From NCBI RefSeq assembly GCF_004010195.1, contig NC_057720.1:18014425-18078424 (forward strand): a DNA stretch of 64,000 bases, written 5' to 3'. Position numbers and translations under genes: made by a program. Below, one piece after another: positions 1 to 13,480 of this stretch. Position 1 is the first letter of the stretch, and the number at the start of each line of letters is the position of its first letter. A model generated the notes under the pieces. The model was not told the origin of the DNA, ran no database searches, and saw only the letters and a program-made list of their open reading frames with translations. The stretch is from Chiloscyllium plagiosum. Lineage: Eukaryota.

Positions 1-292
1 CGTATGGAGTCAGCTATTATGAGGGGGCATAGCTTTAAATTAAGGGGGGGGGGTAGGTATAGGACAGATGGTACGGGTATGTTCTTTACTCAGCGAGTCG
101 TGAGTTCGTGGAATGCCCTGCCAGTAGCAGTGGTGGACTCTCCCTCATTATGGGCATTTAAGCGGGCATTGGATAGGCATATGGAGGATAGTGGGCTAGT
201 GCAGGTTAGGTGGGCTTGGATCGGCGCAACATCGAGGGCCGAAGGGCCTGTACTGCGTTGTATCCTTCTATGTTCTATGTTCTATATGTTCT
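1..292 (+). mobile_element. CR1 LINE 3' end
   Basis: ORF2 C-terminus RGHSFKL..FFTQRVVSSWNALP..FKRALDRHM, then the 3' UTR and a (TTCTATG)n microsatellite tail. Confidence 0.9.
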
Positions 293-550
293 ATCCTCTT
301 AGTAATGGGGCAACCAGAACTGTACACAGTATTCTAAATGCGGCCGAACCAATGTCTAGTACAATTTTAACATGACTTGCCAGCTCTTCTACTCAATACC
401 CCGTCCGATGAAGGCAAGCATACCATATGCCTTCTTGACCACTCTATCTACCTGTGCAGCAACCTTCAGGGTACAATGGACCTGAACTCAAAGATCTCTC
501 TGCTCATCAATTTTTCCCAAGGCCCTTCCGTTTACTGTATAATTCGCTTT
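293..550 (-). mobile_element. CR1 ORF2 fragment
   Basis: The reverse complement encodes the RPHLEYCVQFW motif (accagaactgtacacagtattctaaatgcggccg on +). Confidence 0.8.
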
Positions 551-759
551 ACATGTCCTGGATCTGAGATGACTGACCTCAAACAACCACAACTATCTTC
601 CGATGTGTCAGGGGAGAGTTTTACCACTAACACCCATCGACTCCAGTTTTGTTGAGGCTTTGGTGCCATATTCAGTCAAATACAGCCTTGGCAGCGAGGG
701 CAGTCACTCTGACCTCAGCTCTGGAAGTCAGCTCTTTTGTCTATGATTGAACCAATGCT

Positions 760-1585
760 GTAGAATATAGACTAGTACAACACAGGAACAGCCTTTCAGC
801 CCATCATGAATGTGCTGACAATGTTCCACTGTACATTAATCCCATCTGCCTGCACATGATCTATATCCCTCTAATCTTTGCCTGTTCATGTGTCTATCTA
901 AATGCCTCTTAAATGTTGCTATCATATCTGCTTCTACCACCTACCCTGGCACCATGTTCCAGACACCTACTGCCTCTGTGCAAAAAAACTTGCCTTGCAC
1001 ATCTCCTTTAAACTTTCCCCTTCTCACTTTAAACCTGTGCCCCTTAGAATTGACATTTCCACCCTGGGAAGACTCCGACTGTCCATCCTATTCATGCCTC
1101 TCATAATTTTATACACTTCAATCAAGTTGCTCCTCTGCCTCCAATGCCCAAGCAAAAACTATCCAAGTTTGTCCAACCTATCCTTCTAGCTCATGCACTC
1201 CAATCCAGGCCTCTTTTGTACCTTCTCCAAAGCCTCCACATCCTTCCTATAGTTTGGCAACCAGAACTGCAAACAAAACTCCAAATGTGGCCTAACTAAA
1301 GTTTTATACAGCTGCAACATGACTTGCCAACTTTTATACTCAATGTCCTAACCGATGAAGACAAACATGCTGACTGCCTTCTTCGCTATGCTATCTATCC
1401 ATGTTCCCATTTTCAGAGAATTATAGATTTCTACTTTAAGATCCCTCAGTATATCAAAGCTCCTAAGGCTCCTGCCATGTACCATATATTCCCTTCTTGC
1501 ATTTGACCTCCTAAAATCCACCACTTCACACTTGTCCAAATTAAAACCATCTGCCATTTCTGTGCCCAATTTTCCAACTGATCAA
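760..1585 (-). mobile_element. CR1 LINE 3' portion
   Basis: Minus-strand ORF2 remnants (FNLDKCEVVDF, KKAVSMF) and a CR1 3' UTR ending at ~760. Confidence 0.85.
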
Positions 1586-2029
1586 CTGAACTTCTGAAGA
1601 AGGGTCATGGACTCAAAACGTTAACTCTGACAGATGTTGCCAGACCTGTTGAGCTTTTCCAGCAATTTTTGTGTTTGGGTCTGCCCTGCTAGTAGCCTGT
1701 GAGACAGCTCTCCCAATTTTGGAGCCAGCCCCCAAATGTTAGTAAGCATTCTGAAGGATCAACAGAGTTGTGTTTGACATTGTTGATTCCTGTGCCTTCT
1801 TCAATATCCATTAATCTGCCAATTTCAGTCCTTTTTGGAGACTTTCTAGTGATTCACAAGAACATAAGAGATAGGAGCAGGAGTAGGCCATCTGGCCCCT
1901 CGATCATTGCTGATGATTTTTGTTGACTCAGGTCCAACCACTCACCATAACCCTCAATTATTTTAACATCTATCTATCATTGCCTTAACAAGGTCACCTC
2001 AGTTGCTACAACTGACTTGCTTGCGAGAG

Positions 2030-2300
2030 CATTTCAGAGTACAATCACGTCGCTTTGGGCCTGGAGTCACATGTAGGCCAGATTGGGTATGGTTGGCAGA
2101 TTTCCTTCCCTAGAAGGAATTTTAGGAAGGTCTTCCTGAAAGACATTAATGATCCAAATGTTTTGTTTTATCCCAACAGTCAATTTTTAATACTAAACTT
2201 TTATTGAATTTAAATTCCATGTGCTGCTCTGGTGGGATTCAAACTTGTGTCCCCAGAACTTACTCTGGATTATGAGTTCAGCAATAACATGACTAGGCCC
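2030..2300 (-). mobile_element. Degraded tRNA-headed shark SINE (SacSINE1-like)
   Basis: A B-box-like ggtgggattcaaac near 2232 and a body shared with 3960-4060 and 19860-20030 (ggagtcacatgtaggccaga). The family name is tentative. Confidence 0.6.
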
Positions 2301-4059
2301 ATCTTTCATTTGCAAATACTTGCAACGATCATGCTTTAAGTGTGTGTAGGGCAACTATGATGTATCAAGTGATATATTCTTGCCCACTTTTTTTTTACCT
2401 TGTTATTGGTTTGCATGTATCAGAATTGAACAGAAAAACAACCTCTGATTTGTTGATTGGCAAAGAAAACCACAAATAGTGATGTAATAATAATCAGAAA
2501 GAATTTGAGGTTGAGTAAACTTATGTGAAAATATCAAACAATTAACTGGTTAGAATTATTTTAAAAATTGGTGTTGCATTTAAATGATTTCAAAAATGTT
2601 ATTTTAATTAAAATTAAACAATGCAGATACTATACAAAAGCTATCTAGTTAATGATTATTTTATTAGAGTAGTACTCTTATACTTAGTATAAGAGTATTT
2701 CTTTCAATGTTGTTACTGTGTTGCCTGCATCTATAGCTTCTGTTAACAAGATGTACAGGTATCAATTATGAAAATGTAACAGATTTACATTGAAAAGTAA
2801 AACATACTGTAAATAATACCTTGCAAATATTTTTGTAAGAAGCCCAGGTTTACTTAAGAATTAAGGACTGACAGGAAAGTAATTAGAAACTCAACTCAAG
2901 GTACATATGAAGTGAATATTTTGATGACATATTGTGGAGCTCTCACATCGTGGAAGTTTACAATTAATGGTGGTTTGTATAGGAGGGAAAGGTCTCCTCC
3001 CATCTGCATTTAATTAAATCAAGGCAGATTAGCAACATAGCAAAAAGAGCATTCACAATTCTATATTGTTTCAATTTGTATTCTTTATCCCCATCTGTTC
3101 AAGAATGCGCAAATTCATGTTAGAAGTGGTAAGCCTTTTGATAGAAGAATAAATGGACTTTCAACAGTTCTCCTTCGTTTTTCTTTCCACACAGTTCTGT
3201 AGCAGTGTGACCCATATGGTCCTGACTACAATGATGTGATACAGGAGAGCTCAGGCAGTTTGCTACAGTTGACTGGTTGCATCATTTAGTGGCACTTTTT
3301 CACCATCTCTGGTGATGCAACTGTCCAGCCACATAGGAAATTTAAGAGCTGAAACTCCAGTCTGAATTAAGAATGAGCTCAAATATTAACAAGAAATATT
3401 TAACACTTACCAATGGAATTATGCATCCAAAGTATATTGAAATCTTCCAAGAATGTTGGTGTTAGTGAGAAAATCAAGGTTTTAAACCCAATCCCTGAGA
3501 TGCTTAGCATTTCACAAGAGCATTAACGAATTAAAGTTAACACCAAACCGCATTGAGAAATATTTCCGAAGAGGAGTCATGTCAGACTTGAAACGGTAAC
3601 TCTGGTTCTCCCCCCTCAGAAGATGCTAGACCAGCTGAGTCTCTCCGTTATTTTATATGTCTGTTAAGCTTGGTCAAAGCATTCGGTTTAAGGAGTTTCC
3701 TAAAAGAGGAGAGAGGTAGAAAGGTTTGGAATAGGAGAGGAGTGAAGAGTGAGAATCCAGAGTTTACGCACATGGCAGCTGAAGGCATGGTCACCTCTGG
3801 TTAAAATCAGGGGCAGAGCGAGGCCCGAATTAGAGGAGTACAGGTTGTGATGTGATGTGGGAGGTGATGGAGACAGGACAATGGAAGGCCATGGTGGGAT
3901 TTTAAAACAAAGATTCAAATTTTAAAATTTGGCCTATGCACATGTGCATAGATCTAGTGTTATGGCAACCATTGGCAATTGTCATAAAAATTGATCTACT
4001 CACTTAATGCCCTTTTATGAAATGAAATCTACCATCTTATCTGGTTTGGCCTGCATGGC

Positions 4060-5005
4060 AAGAGATCATGAACAAGACAATCAAGAAATAATCTGCTCAT
4101 TGATTGAGTCCCACCAGGGCCATACAGCTGTGGCCAACTTTGTTATAGTTTTGATCCAAACATGGAGAAAAGAGCTGAATGCCTGAGGTGAGCTGAGAGT
4201 GACTTCCCTTGATATCAAGGCAATAGTAAGGCATCAAGGAGCCTGAACAAAATGAGAGTCAGTGGGAATCAGGGAAAATCCTCTGCTGGTTGGAGTCATA
4301 CAGAGCACAAAAGTAGATGGTTATGGTTGTTAAATGTTGGACATCTCGGTCTAAGGACATCTCTGCAGGAGTTCCTCAGGGTAGCATCGTCAACCCAATC
4401 ATCTTTAACTGCTTCACAAATGACCTTCCCTCCATTATTAGGTCAGAAATGAGGACGTTCACCGATTATTGCACAATGTTCAATATTACCAATTGCCCCA
4501 TTGCCCATCCCGTACCTGCAAGATATAAGGCAAAAATGTGATGGAACTAGCCTGGAAAGTGCCACTGTCTCAACAAGCTTGAGAGACCATTCAGGATAAG
4601 ACACCCCATTTAATTGATACCTTGTCCACCACTTTCAACATTCACTTACTTCATCACCAATGAACAATGGCACATACTATCTACAAATGCACGCAGTGAC
4701 TCACTCCTTATTCAGCATCTTCCAAATCTACAACTACTTGCATTTGGAAGGACACGGGTACCTGATGCATGTGAACACCACAACTTGCAAGCCCCCTTCC
4801 AAGTTGCACACCATCCTGATTTGATCTATATCTCCATTCCTTCACTAGGGCTGGACCAAAATCCTGGAATTGCCTTCCTCACAACACAATGGCATCCCTG
4901 CTCCCAAGGACAATGCTGGTCTAAGAAGGCAACTCACCACCACATTCACAAAGACAATTAGGGATGAGCGATAGATAGCAGTGTCTAATCCTATGAATAG
5001 ATAAA
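4060..5005 (+). mobile_element. Non-CR1 LINE 3' portion (CR1/L2/Jockey group)
   Basis: RT motifs LDIKA and GVPQGSIVNPIIFNCFTNDLP. Same family and 3' tail as 23270-24600. Confidence 0.75.
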
Positions 5006-6739
5006 TCAAAAATTATGATAAACAATTGAGTTTACACTTGCTAGAAGTGACACAAATTCATACATAGACACCTGTTCTCTGCAAACAAAAGGAATATGTT
5101 GAAGCCTTGCATCTTTTTGAATTGCCTGAGAATTTAGGGAGTACATAAGTCCCTGCTGCATTCTCCATTGCAACACAGAATCAAAGTGCAAATTAATCAG
5201 TCCCTTTTTCTCCTTTAAAAAAATTTGTTGTGATCATTTGAAATCAGACATCTTTTTCATTTGTCCTGAGGATTGAAAGATGAAAAGCTTTGGCAATGTT
5301 TCTCTACTTTCAACAAAATTTAAGAAACTGCTATTCTTCTTAGAGTGAAGGTTTTAAAGGGAAGATTTCACTGTTTTGAAAGTACTGCACCCAAACAAAT
5401 ATACCTAATCCCATGACTCAGTTCTGACAGCAGCTTCATAAAACCTGCAAGAGGGAGCAGGGACTGCAGATTCATAAACACTGCGAGGGCAAATGGGGAC
5501 AGCAGGTTCTGAAACTGAATTTAAGGACCTAAGCAGGACCTCAAGGTAGTAATCTCCAGAATACTTTCAAATTACACATGCAGGTGAGTACTAAAATAGG
5601 ACAATAAGGCAAATGAACGAATTGCTGAAAAGATGGTGTTGGGGAATACTTTAAATTAGAAAGCAAAATGCTCATTTGAAGAACTGGTGCAGACATGATG
5701 GGCAGAATGGTCTCATCCTACAATAATACTTTTGATTCTGTGAGCAAAAATAACGATCATTTCCACAAATACAATAACTTAGATGGTCAATGTTTTGAAT
5801 TATTACAGCAAAGAATTTTTGTTCTACATCTTTACCAACTTATCACATGAAGAAAACAGGAATGACTCTTCCACTGTGGTAATGAGCATCCAGTAACTTT
5901 CCCGAGAGATTATTCTGTTTTCCTCCCACAATGATGGATCCATCTAAAGGGAAATTTGATAATCGAACGAAGAAGGGAATATAGTCATGCTGACAGAATT
6001 AGATAAGGAAAGTTAGGATAAGGCTAAAGTGGAGAATAAACTCTGGCATGGACTATTCCAGATGATGGCCTGTTTTCTGTGCTGTACAAGCTATGCAATT
6101 CTTTTTGGTTTGTTGCTTCTTCTCCCTTAAATAAATTTTAATTGCACAACATTTTAGTATTTGGTATTAAACTAAGGTTAACGCAAGAGGCAGTTGAAAG
6201 GTTCAGTTGGTAGCCTTGCTTGAGTCAGTACATTGTGGGTTCAAGTCCCACTTTGAGCTTTTGCATATTCCTGATGTACAATTTTTTTAATACGCTTTGA
6301 ATCCAGAGCACTGTATTTATTCCTTCCTGGGTCTGTGATGACTCTTAGAGAGTTATTCAATTACTCCCCCTTCCCTGATCTTTTTCAAAACTCATAAAAC
6401 AATATTCTGTTTCAATTTTATCTTCTTTGTCTAACTCCTGTGAATACCAATCTAGGTGGTAGCATGTACCACATTGGAAATGGGAATTTGACATTTAGGT
6501 GAGGAAGTTAATGAAGGTTAGAATTGCTGGCGTAACCTTAGAGGATGGGTGATCCTGGAGCTTAGCACAAAGGAGTAAGGATCCCAAACTTTCAGCAGTA
6601 TTCAGATTGGGTTTGTTAAAGAATGTTCAAAGGATTTTAGAATTTCCTCCTCTTATATTTTATCCATATGGTTGCAACAATAGAAATGTCATTAAGCTTA
6701 TGAAACTATGAGAGGCAAATTTGCTATGGTAGCACATTA

Positions 6740-9030
6740 AAATATATGATAGTAGTCAGACAATGGTTAGAATTTAAGGAACGTTAATTTCAACAAAAAT
6801 AGATTACTTCAGTGCAACAAATGTTTTAACTACAACTAATAAAATAAATCAATGTTGGCATTAGATTAAAGGAAGATGCCTATAAAATGGACAAAATTTG
6901 GTAATTCAAAGGATTGGGAGAATTTCCGACTTCTGCAAAGGAGGATCAAGAAGGGAAAGCACTAAGAAAGGGAATATTGACAGAAGTAGCTATAGAGATA
7001 GTAGACTCTTTGATGCCATCACTCAAAATTCTCGACTCTGGAATGATCCCTGTAAATTGGAAGGTGGTAAATATAATATCACAATTTAAGAAAGAATCAA
7101 ACAAAAAAAATGGAGAAAAACAGGTCAATTGGCCTAATATCAGACATAGGAATAAAGGATATGTTAACAAGACTCTTCGAAAAATAACAGGATTTGCAGA
7201 GTCAGTATGGATTTATGTAAGGGAAATTATGTTTCATAAACATGTGGGGAGCTTTCTGAGCGTGTAATAGATATGGGGCATGTAGTGGATATTGCAGATT
7301 TTAGTTTACAGAAGGTTTTTGACAAAATCGTACAAATAAGTAAGCAAAATTAGATCACATATAACTGAGGACCGTGGGGTCATATTGGCATGGATTCAAA
7401 ACTGGCTAACTGACAGAAAACAGAGATTAGGAATATAGGAGTCATTTTCAGGCTGGCAGGTTATGACGAGTGGAGTGTTAGTGGTCATCAGCTATTCACA
7501 ATGTATATCAATAATTTCCAAGTTTGCAGGTGACCCAAAATTCGATGTGAGGAGGATGCAAATAAGGAGATTTGGAAAGGCTATAAGTCAGAAAAAAATT
7601 AATCAGATGAAGTATGATGTGAAGAGAGATATTAGGTTATTCACTTTGGTAGGAAAAGTTAACATAGAATGTTTTCTTATCAGTGAAAGATCTGTAGGGT
7701 CTTGGATGTGCTTGTTCAGGAATCACTGAATGTTAACATGCAGACACTTAAGGTATTTGATATATGGCATCTTTATTACAAGAAGAGTTGAATATAGGAA
7801 TAAAAATGTTTTGCTGTAATTATGGAGTGTCTTGGCGAAACAACATTTGGAGTGTTAGGTGCAGTTCTGTGCTACCTCATAAGATGAAGTGGAGGTGCTG
7901 GTGTTGGATTGGGTAAGGTCAAAAATCACAACACCAGGTTATAGTCCAACAGGTTATTTGAAAAACACAAACTTTCAGAGCCTCTCTTCTTCCAAAAGCT
8001 CATGTCTTTCAAATAAACCTGTTGGACTATAACCTGGTGTTGTGTGATTTTTGACTTAAGATGGTATTAGGGACTGACTGGGAGAAGGCAGAGTGTGGGG
8101 ATAAAGGGGTGTTTTTCAGGATGCATTCAAGGGTGTTCCGCAGGGGTCAGTGTTAGCACCACAGTTATTCACGATATACATTAATTATTTAGAGAAGGAA
8201 CTGAGGACACTTTTGCTTAGTTTGCTGATGACACAAAGTTAGATATAGGGCCAGGTAGTGTTGTGGAGGCAGGGAGGCTGTAGAAGGATTTGGGCAGGCT
8301 TAGAGTCAGCAAAAAAGTGGCAGATGGACCACAGTGTGGGACAGTGTGAAATTATGAACTTTGGTAGGAGAAATAGAGGCAGACTATTCTCTAAATGGAG
8401 AAATGTTTTGGAAAAGCTGAAACACAAGAAGGATTTATGAGTCCTAGTTCAGGATACTCTTCAGGTTAAACTGCAGGTTCAGTTGACAGTTAGAAAGAAA
8501 AATGCAATGTTAGCGTTTATTTTGAGAGGGCTAGAATAAAATAGCAGAAATGTACTGCTGAGCCTGTATAAGGCTCTGATCACATCACATTTGGAATATT
8601 TAGGGCCCCGTATCTAAGGAAGGATGTGCTGCCGATGGAGGGGTCCAGAGTAGGTTTACAAGAATAACCTTGGAAATGAAGGGCTTGTCATATGAGGAGC
8701 GGTTGAGGACTCTGAGAAAATATCAAATAGATGGGCCCATATTCTCTGGAATTTAAAGAATGAGAGATAATCTCATTCAAAAATATGCTATTCTTACAGG
8801 GAATGACAGTGTGGATCTAAGAAGGATGCCTCCCCTGTCTGGAGGCTCTAGAACATCAGAATAAGGGGCAAACCAATTTGGACTGAGATGAGGAGCCATT
8901 CTTTCATTCAGAAGGTGGTGAATCTTTGGAATTCTCTGCCCTAGAGGAATGTGGAGGTTCTGTTGTTGAGTATGTTCAAAGACTGAGATCAATAGATTTC
9001 TCTCTCTTAAAAAGATCAAGGGATAATGCA
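6740..9030 (+). mobile_element. Two old CR1 ORF2 fragments separated by a PLE-derived hairpin
   Basis: Motifs GMIPVNWKVVNI, QKVFDK, GVPQGSVL, FADDTK and KWQM, with many stops and frameshifts. Confidence 0.8.
7887..8056. mobile_element. Palindromic insertion, probably from the terminus of a second PLE family
   Basis: Inverted arms at 7918-7963 and 8007-8055 (caacaccaggttatagtccaacagg / cctgttggactataacctggtgttg). Flanked by the direct repeat TAAGATG (7880-7886, 8057-8063). Confidence 0.7.
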
Positions 9031-9094
9031 AGGAAATTCTGTTATTTTCCCAGATTTGAGTATTTTCAGCATGTTTTGTTTTACTTTCAGAAAG

Positions 9095-12000
9095 GCAGAA
9101 GGGGATCATTCAGAAGGTGGAAGGGGTTATTGAGAAGAGTTATAGGGTGGTAGTCACACCTCAGGTAGATGGGTTACTGTCAGGGGACAGAAAGGGAACA
9201 GACAGGCAGTGCAAGGATCCCCTGTGAACATTCCCCTCAACAAGTATGCTGTTTTGGATAGTGTTGGAGGGGATGACTTACCAAGGGTTAAGCAATGGGG
9301 AAAAGGTCTCGAGCACGGAGTCTGTCCCTGTTGCTCAGAAGGTTAAGAGGAGCAGAGCATTATTCATTGGAGACTCCATGGTTAGGGGGAAGGTAGGAGA
9401 TTCTATGGGAACGAGAGAGAGACTCACTGTTGGTGTGTTGCCTCCCAGGTGCCAGGATTCGTAATGTCTCTGATTGTGTTTTTGGGATCCTTGAGGGGGA
9501 ACAGCCCCAAGTCATGGGCCACATAGGCACCAATGACATAGGGAGGAAGAGAGATGGGGATTTAAGGCAGAAATTCAGGGAGTGAGGGTGGAAGCTTAGA
9601 GCTAGAATAAACAGAGTTATCTCTGGTTTGTGACCAATGCCACGTGCTAGCGAGGCGAGGAATAGGGAGAGAGAGGAGTTGAACATGTGGCTACAGGGAT
9701 GGTGCATGATGGAGGGCTTTGGATTCCTGGATAATTGGGGCTCTTTCTGGGGTAGGTGGGACTTCTACAAACAGGATGGTCTTCACCTGAACGAGAGGGG
9801 TTCCAATATCCTGGGGGGAAATTTTGCTAATGCTCTTCGGGTGGGTTAAAACTAATTCAACAGGGGGATGGGAACCAAAATTGTAGTTCGAGTATGAGAG
9901 TAGTGAAGTCAGAACTAAGATTTTAAGATTGCAAGAAGGCACCGGCAAGCAAGAAGTTAGTTTGAAGTGTCTGCTTCAATGCTGGAGCATCCGGTGGGTG
10001 GGTGAACTTGCAGCATGGGTCGGTACCTGGGATTTTGATGTTGTGGCCATTTCAGAGACTTGAGTAGAGCAGGGATAGGAATGGTTATTGCTGGTTCTGT
10101 GATTTAGAAAATAGTAAAAGAGGGGTTGGTGTGGACAGTATTATGGTTGCAGAAAGGATATTTGAGGACCCGTCCACTGAAGTAGTGTGGGCTGAGATTA
10201 GAAACAGGAAAGGAGAGGTCATCTTGTTGGGAGTTTCTATAGGTCTCCAAACAGTTCCAGAGATGTAGAAGATCGGATAGCAAAGATGATCCTCGATAGG
10301 AGCGAGAGTGACAGGAGCTCCTTTGATGCTGCGCTTTTCCAGCAGCACATTTTTCAGCACAGTATGTAGACAGGCCAAAAAGGGGTGAGGCCACATTAGA
10401 TTTGATACTGGGTAATGAACCCGGCCAGGTGTTAGATTTGGTGGTAGGTGAGCACTTTGGTGATAGCGATCACAATTCGGTTATGTTTACTTTAGTGATG
10501 GTAAGGGATGTGTATATACCATAGGGCAAGAGTTATAGCTGGGGGAAAGGCAATTACAGGCGATTAGGCAAGGTTTAGGATGTATTGGATGGGGAAGGAA
10601 ACTGCAGGGGATGGGCACAATTGAAATGTGGAACTCATTCAAGGACTAACTTCTGCAGGTCCTTGATAAGTATGTGCCGGTCAGGCAGGGAGGAAGTTGT
10701 CGAGAGCGGGAGCCGTGGTTTACTCAGGAAGTTGAATCTCATCAAGAGGAAGAAGGAGGCTTATGTTAAGATGAGATATGATGGCTCAGTTAGGACGTTT
10801 GAGTTACAGGTTAGCCAGGAAAGACCTGAAGAGAGAGCTAAGAGGAGTCAGGAGGGGACGTGAGAAGTCTTTGGCAGATAGGATTAAGGAAAACCCTAAA
10901 GCTTTCTGTAGGTATACCAGGAATAAAAGAATGACTAGAGTAAGAATACGGCCAATCAAGCATAATAGCGGGAAGTTGTGCGTGGTGTCAGAGGAGATAG
11001 GGGAAGTGTTAAATACTTTTCATCAGTATTCACACTAGAAAAAGACAGTGTGGTTAAGGAGATACAGGCTACTAGACTAAATGGGATTGAGGTGTATAAG
11101 GAGGAGATGTTAGCAATTCTGGAAAGAGTAAAAATAGATGAGTCCCCTGGGCCAGATGGGATTTATCGTAGGATTCTCTGGGAAGCCAGGGAGGAGATTG
11201 CCGAGCCTTTAGCTTTGATCTTTATATTGTCATTGTCTACGGGAATAGTGCCAGAAGATGGAGGATAGCAAATGTTGTCCCCTTGTTCAAGGAGAGGAGA
11301 CACAACCCTGGAAATTATAGACCTGTGAGCTTTACTTCAGTTGTGGGTAAAGTGTTGGAAAGGGTTATAAAAGATAGGATTTATAATCATCTAAAAAGGA
11401 ATAAGTTGATTAGAGATAGTCAACATGGTCTTGTGAAGGGTAAGTCGTACCTTAAAAACCATATTAAGTTCTTTGAGATGGTGTCCAAACAGGTGGATGA
11501 GGGTAAAGCGGTTGATGTGGTGTATATGTATTTCAGTAAGGCATTTGATAAGGTTCCCCACAGTAGGCTATTGCACAAAATATGGAGGTATGGGATTGAG
11601 GGTGATATAGCAGTTTGGATCGGAAATTGGCTAGCTGAAAGAAGACAGAGGGTGGTGGTAGATGGTAAATATTCATCCTGAAGTTGTTACTAGTAGGATA
11701 TCACAAGGATCTGTTAGGTTTCATGTTGTTTGTCATTTTTATAAATGACCTGGATGAGGGCATAGACGGATGGGTTAGTAAATTTGTGGATGACACTAAG
11801 GCCGCTAGAGTTGTGGATAGTGATGAAGGATGTTGTAGGTTACACAGAGACATAGATAAGCTGCAGAGCTGGGCTGAGAGGTGGCAAATGGAGTTCAATG
11901 CGGAAAGTGTGAGGTGATTCACTTTGGAAGGAGTAACAGGAATGCAAAGTACTGGGCTAATGGTAAGATTCTTGGTAGTGTAGATGAGCAGAGAGATCTT

Positions 12001-12637
12001 GGTGTCTATGTACATAGGGTTGTTGAGATGGCATATGTGTCTTAGCTTTTATTGGTAGAGAGATTGAGTTTTGGAACCATGAGATCATGCTGCAGCTGTA
12101 TAAAACTCTGGTGCAGCCACATTTGGAGTTTTGCATACTGTTCTGGTCACCGCATTATAGGAAGGATGTGGAAGCTTTGGAAAGGGTTCAGAGGAGATTT
12201 ATGAGGATGTTGCCTGGTATGGAGGGAAGGTCTTACAAGGAGAGGTTGAGGGACTTGAAGCTGTTTTCATTAGAGAGAAGGTTGAGAAGTGACTTAATTG
12301 AGACATTTAAGATAATCAGAGGGTTAGATAGGTTGGACAGTGAGAGCCTTTTTCCTCAGATGGTGATGCCTAGTATGATGGGTCATAGCTTTACATTGAG
12401 AGATGATAAATATAGAACAGATGTCAGAGGTAGTTTCTTTACTCAGTAGTAGGGACATGGAACACATTGCCTGCAACAGTAGTAGACTTGCCAACTTTAA
12501 GGGCATTTAAATAGTCATTGGATAGGTATATGGACAAGAATGGAATAGTGTAGGTTAGAATGGCCTCAGAATTGTTTCACAGGTCGGCACAACATCGAGG
12601 GCAAGAGGGCCTTACGGTGCTGTATTGTTCTACGTTC
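9095..12637 (+). mobile_element. Long CR1 LINE with SGNH-esterase ORF1 and APE/RT ORF2 (5'-truncated, inactivated)
   Basis: ORF1 has GDS (ALFIGDSMVRG), HIGTND and DGLHLN. ORF2 has an APE domain (ISET, LDLILGN, SDHN) and an RT domain (NYRPVSFTS, FSKAFDKVPH, FVDDTK, PHLEFC). There are multiple stops and frameshifts, and the CR1 tail ends at ~12637. Confidence 0.95.
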
Positions 12638-12978
12638 ACACTAATTTGCTTTTAAATCTAATAACTTTACTCATTTGATTATAAAGTAATATTAAATTAA
12701 CCAAAAAGATTAGTAAGATTAACAAAAGACAAATTAAATCAGTGCAACAAATTATCTTCAGGTATTTTGAAATTAATCTACATTCATATGAGTGCCATTT
12801 TGAAGTGAAAATTGCAACAAAAACAATTTTTTTGAATGATAAGTAAATGCTTATCTTAAAATATAGAACTGCGCATCAAATCACCATGTCTTTTGGTTTA
12901 AGATTCTCTGCTACTTCATCAATAAGAAACCATGTTAAATAATGAGAAACAATATTATCCCTTTAAAATCATGAAAAG

Positions 12979-12984
12979 TTTATT
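12979..12984 (-). terminator. Candidate distal polyadenylation signal AATAAA
   Basis: TTTATT on the + strand. On the minus strand it is followed about 30 nt later by the U/GU-rich TTGTTTCTCATT. Confidence 0.5.
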
Positions 12985-13474
12985 TGTGATCTTGTTATAA
13001 TTTAAAGTTAAAAGAGAAACACTGAGTGTTTATACAAGCATTCTTATTAGTGAAGTGAAAAAGCTCGTGTTAACAACTGCCAAGCAGAGCTAACGCACAT
13101 TTACCAAGGATATTTTCTGAGGAGATGCCTTCAACTCTGTGTAACAGAGTTTCTGTATAGTGTTTTTACAATTCCTTGAACGGTATTTGTTAGGGTAACC
13201 AGCACATGACCATGTTGAACTTTCCAATTTCTTTTTCAGGTGGCCAGTTGTTGCAATGAAAGAAATGCAATGCATTCCCAGTTAACATTTAAAAGGTATT
13301 TATATTAAAGCTTAACTACATTTCTCCATCAGAACAAAGTAACACAAAAGTAGATATTGCTGTAACACATACCACAGGTACATTACTATTTGTTATCAAA
13401 CACCTCAAATGAAAACACAAATTAAAAGGGGAAAATCATGTAAAGATCTACAAACAGAAATCTTAGTATTTGAT

Positions 13475-13480
13475 TTTATT
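13475..13480 (-). terminator. Candidate proximal polyadenylation signal AATAAA
   Basis: TTTATT on the + strand, with downstream minus-strand TTTCTGTTTG. Confidence 0.35.

Noticed and set aside
1..12900. GFI1 exons or a CpG-island promoter downstream of EVI5
   Set aside because: No SNAG (MPRSFLVK) or C2H2 zinc-finger coding sequence and no CpG island were seen. If synteny holds, GFI1 lies outside the window.
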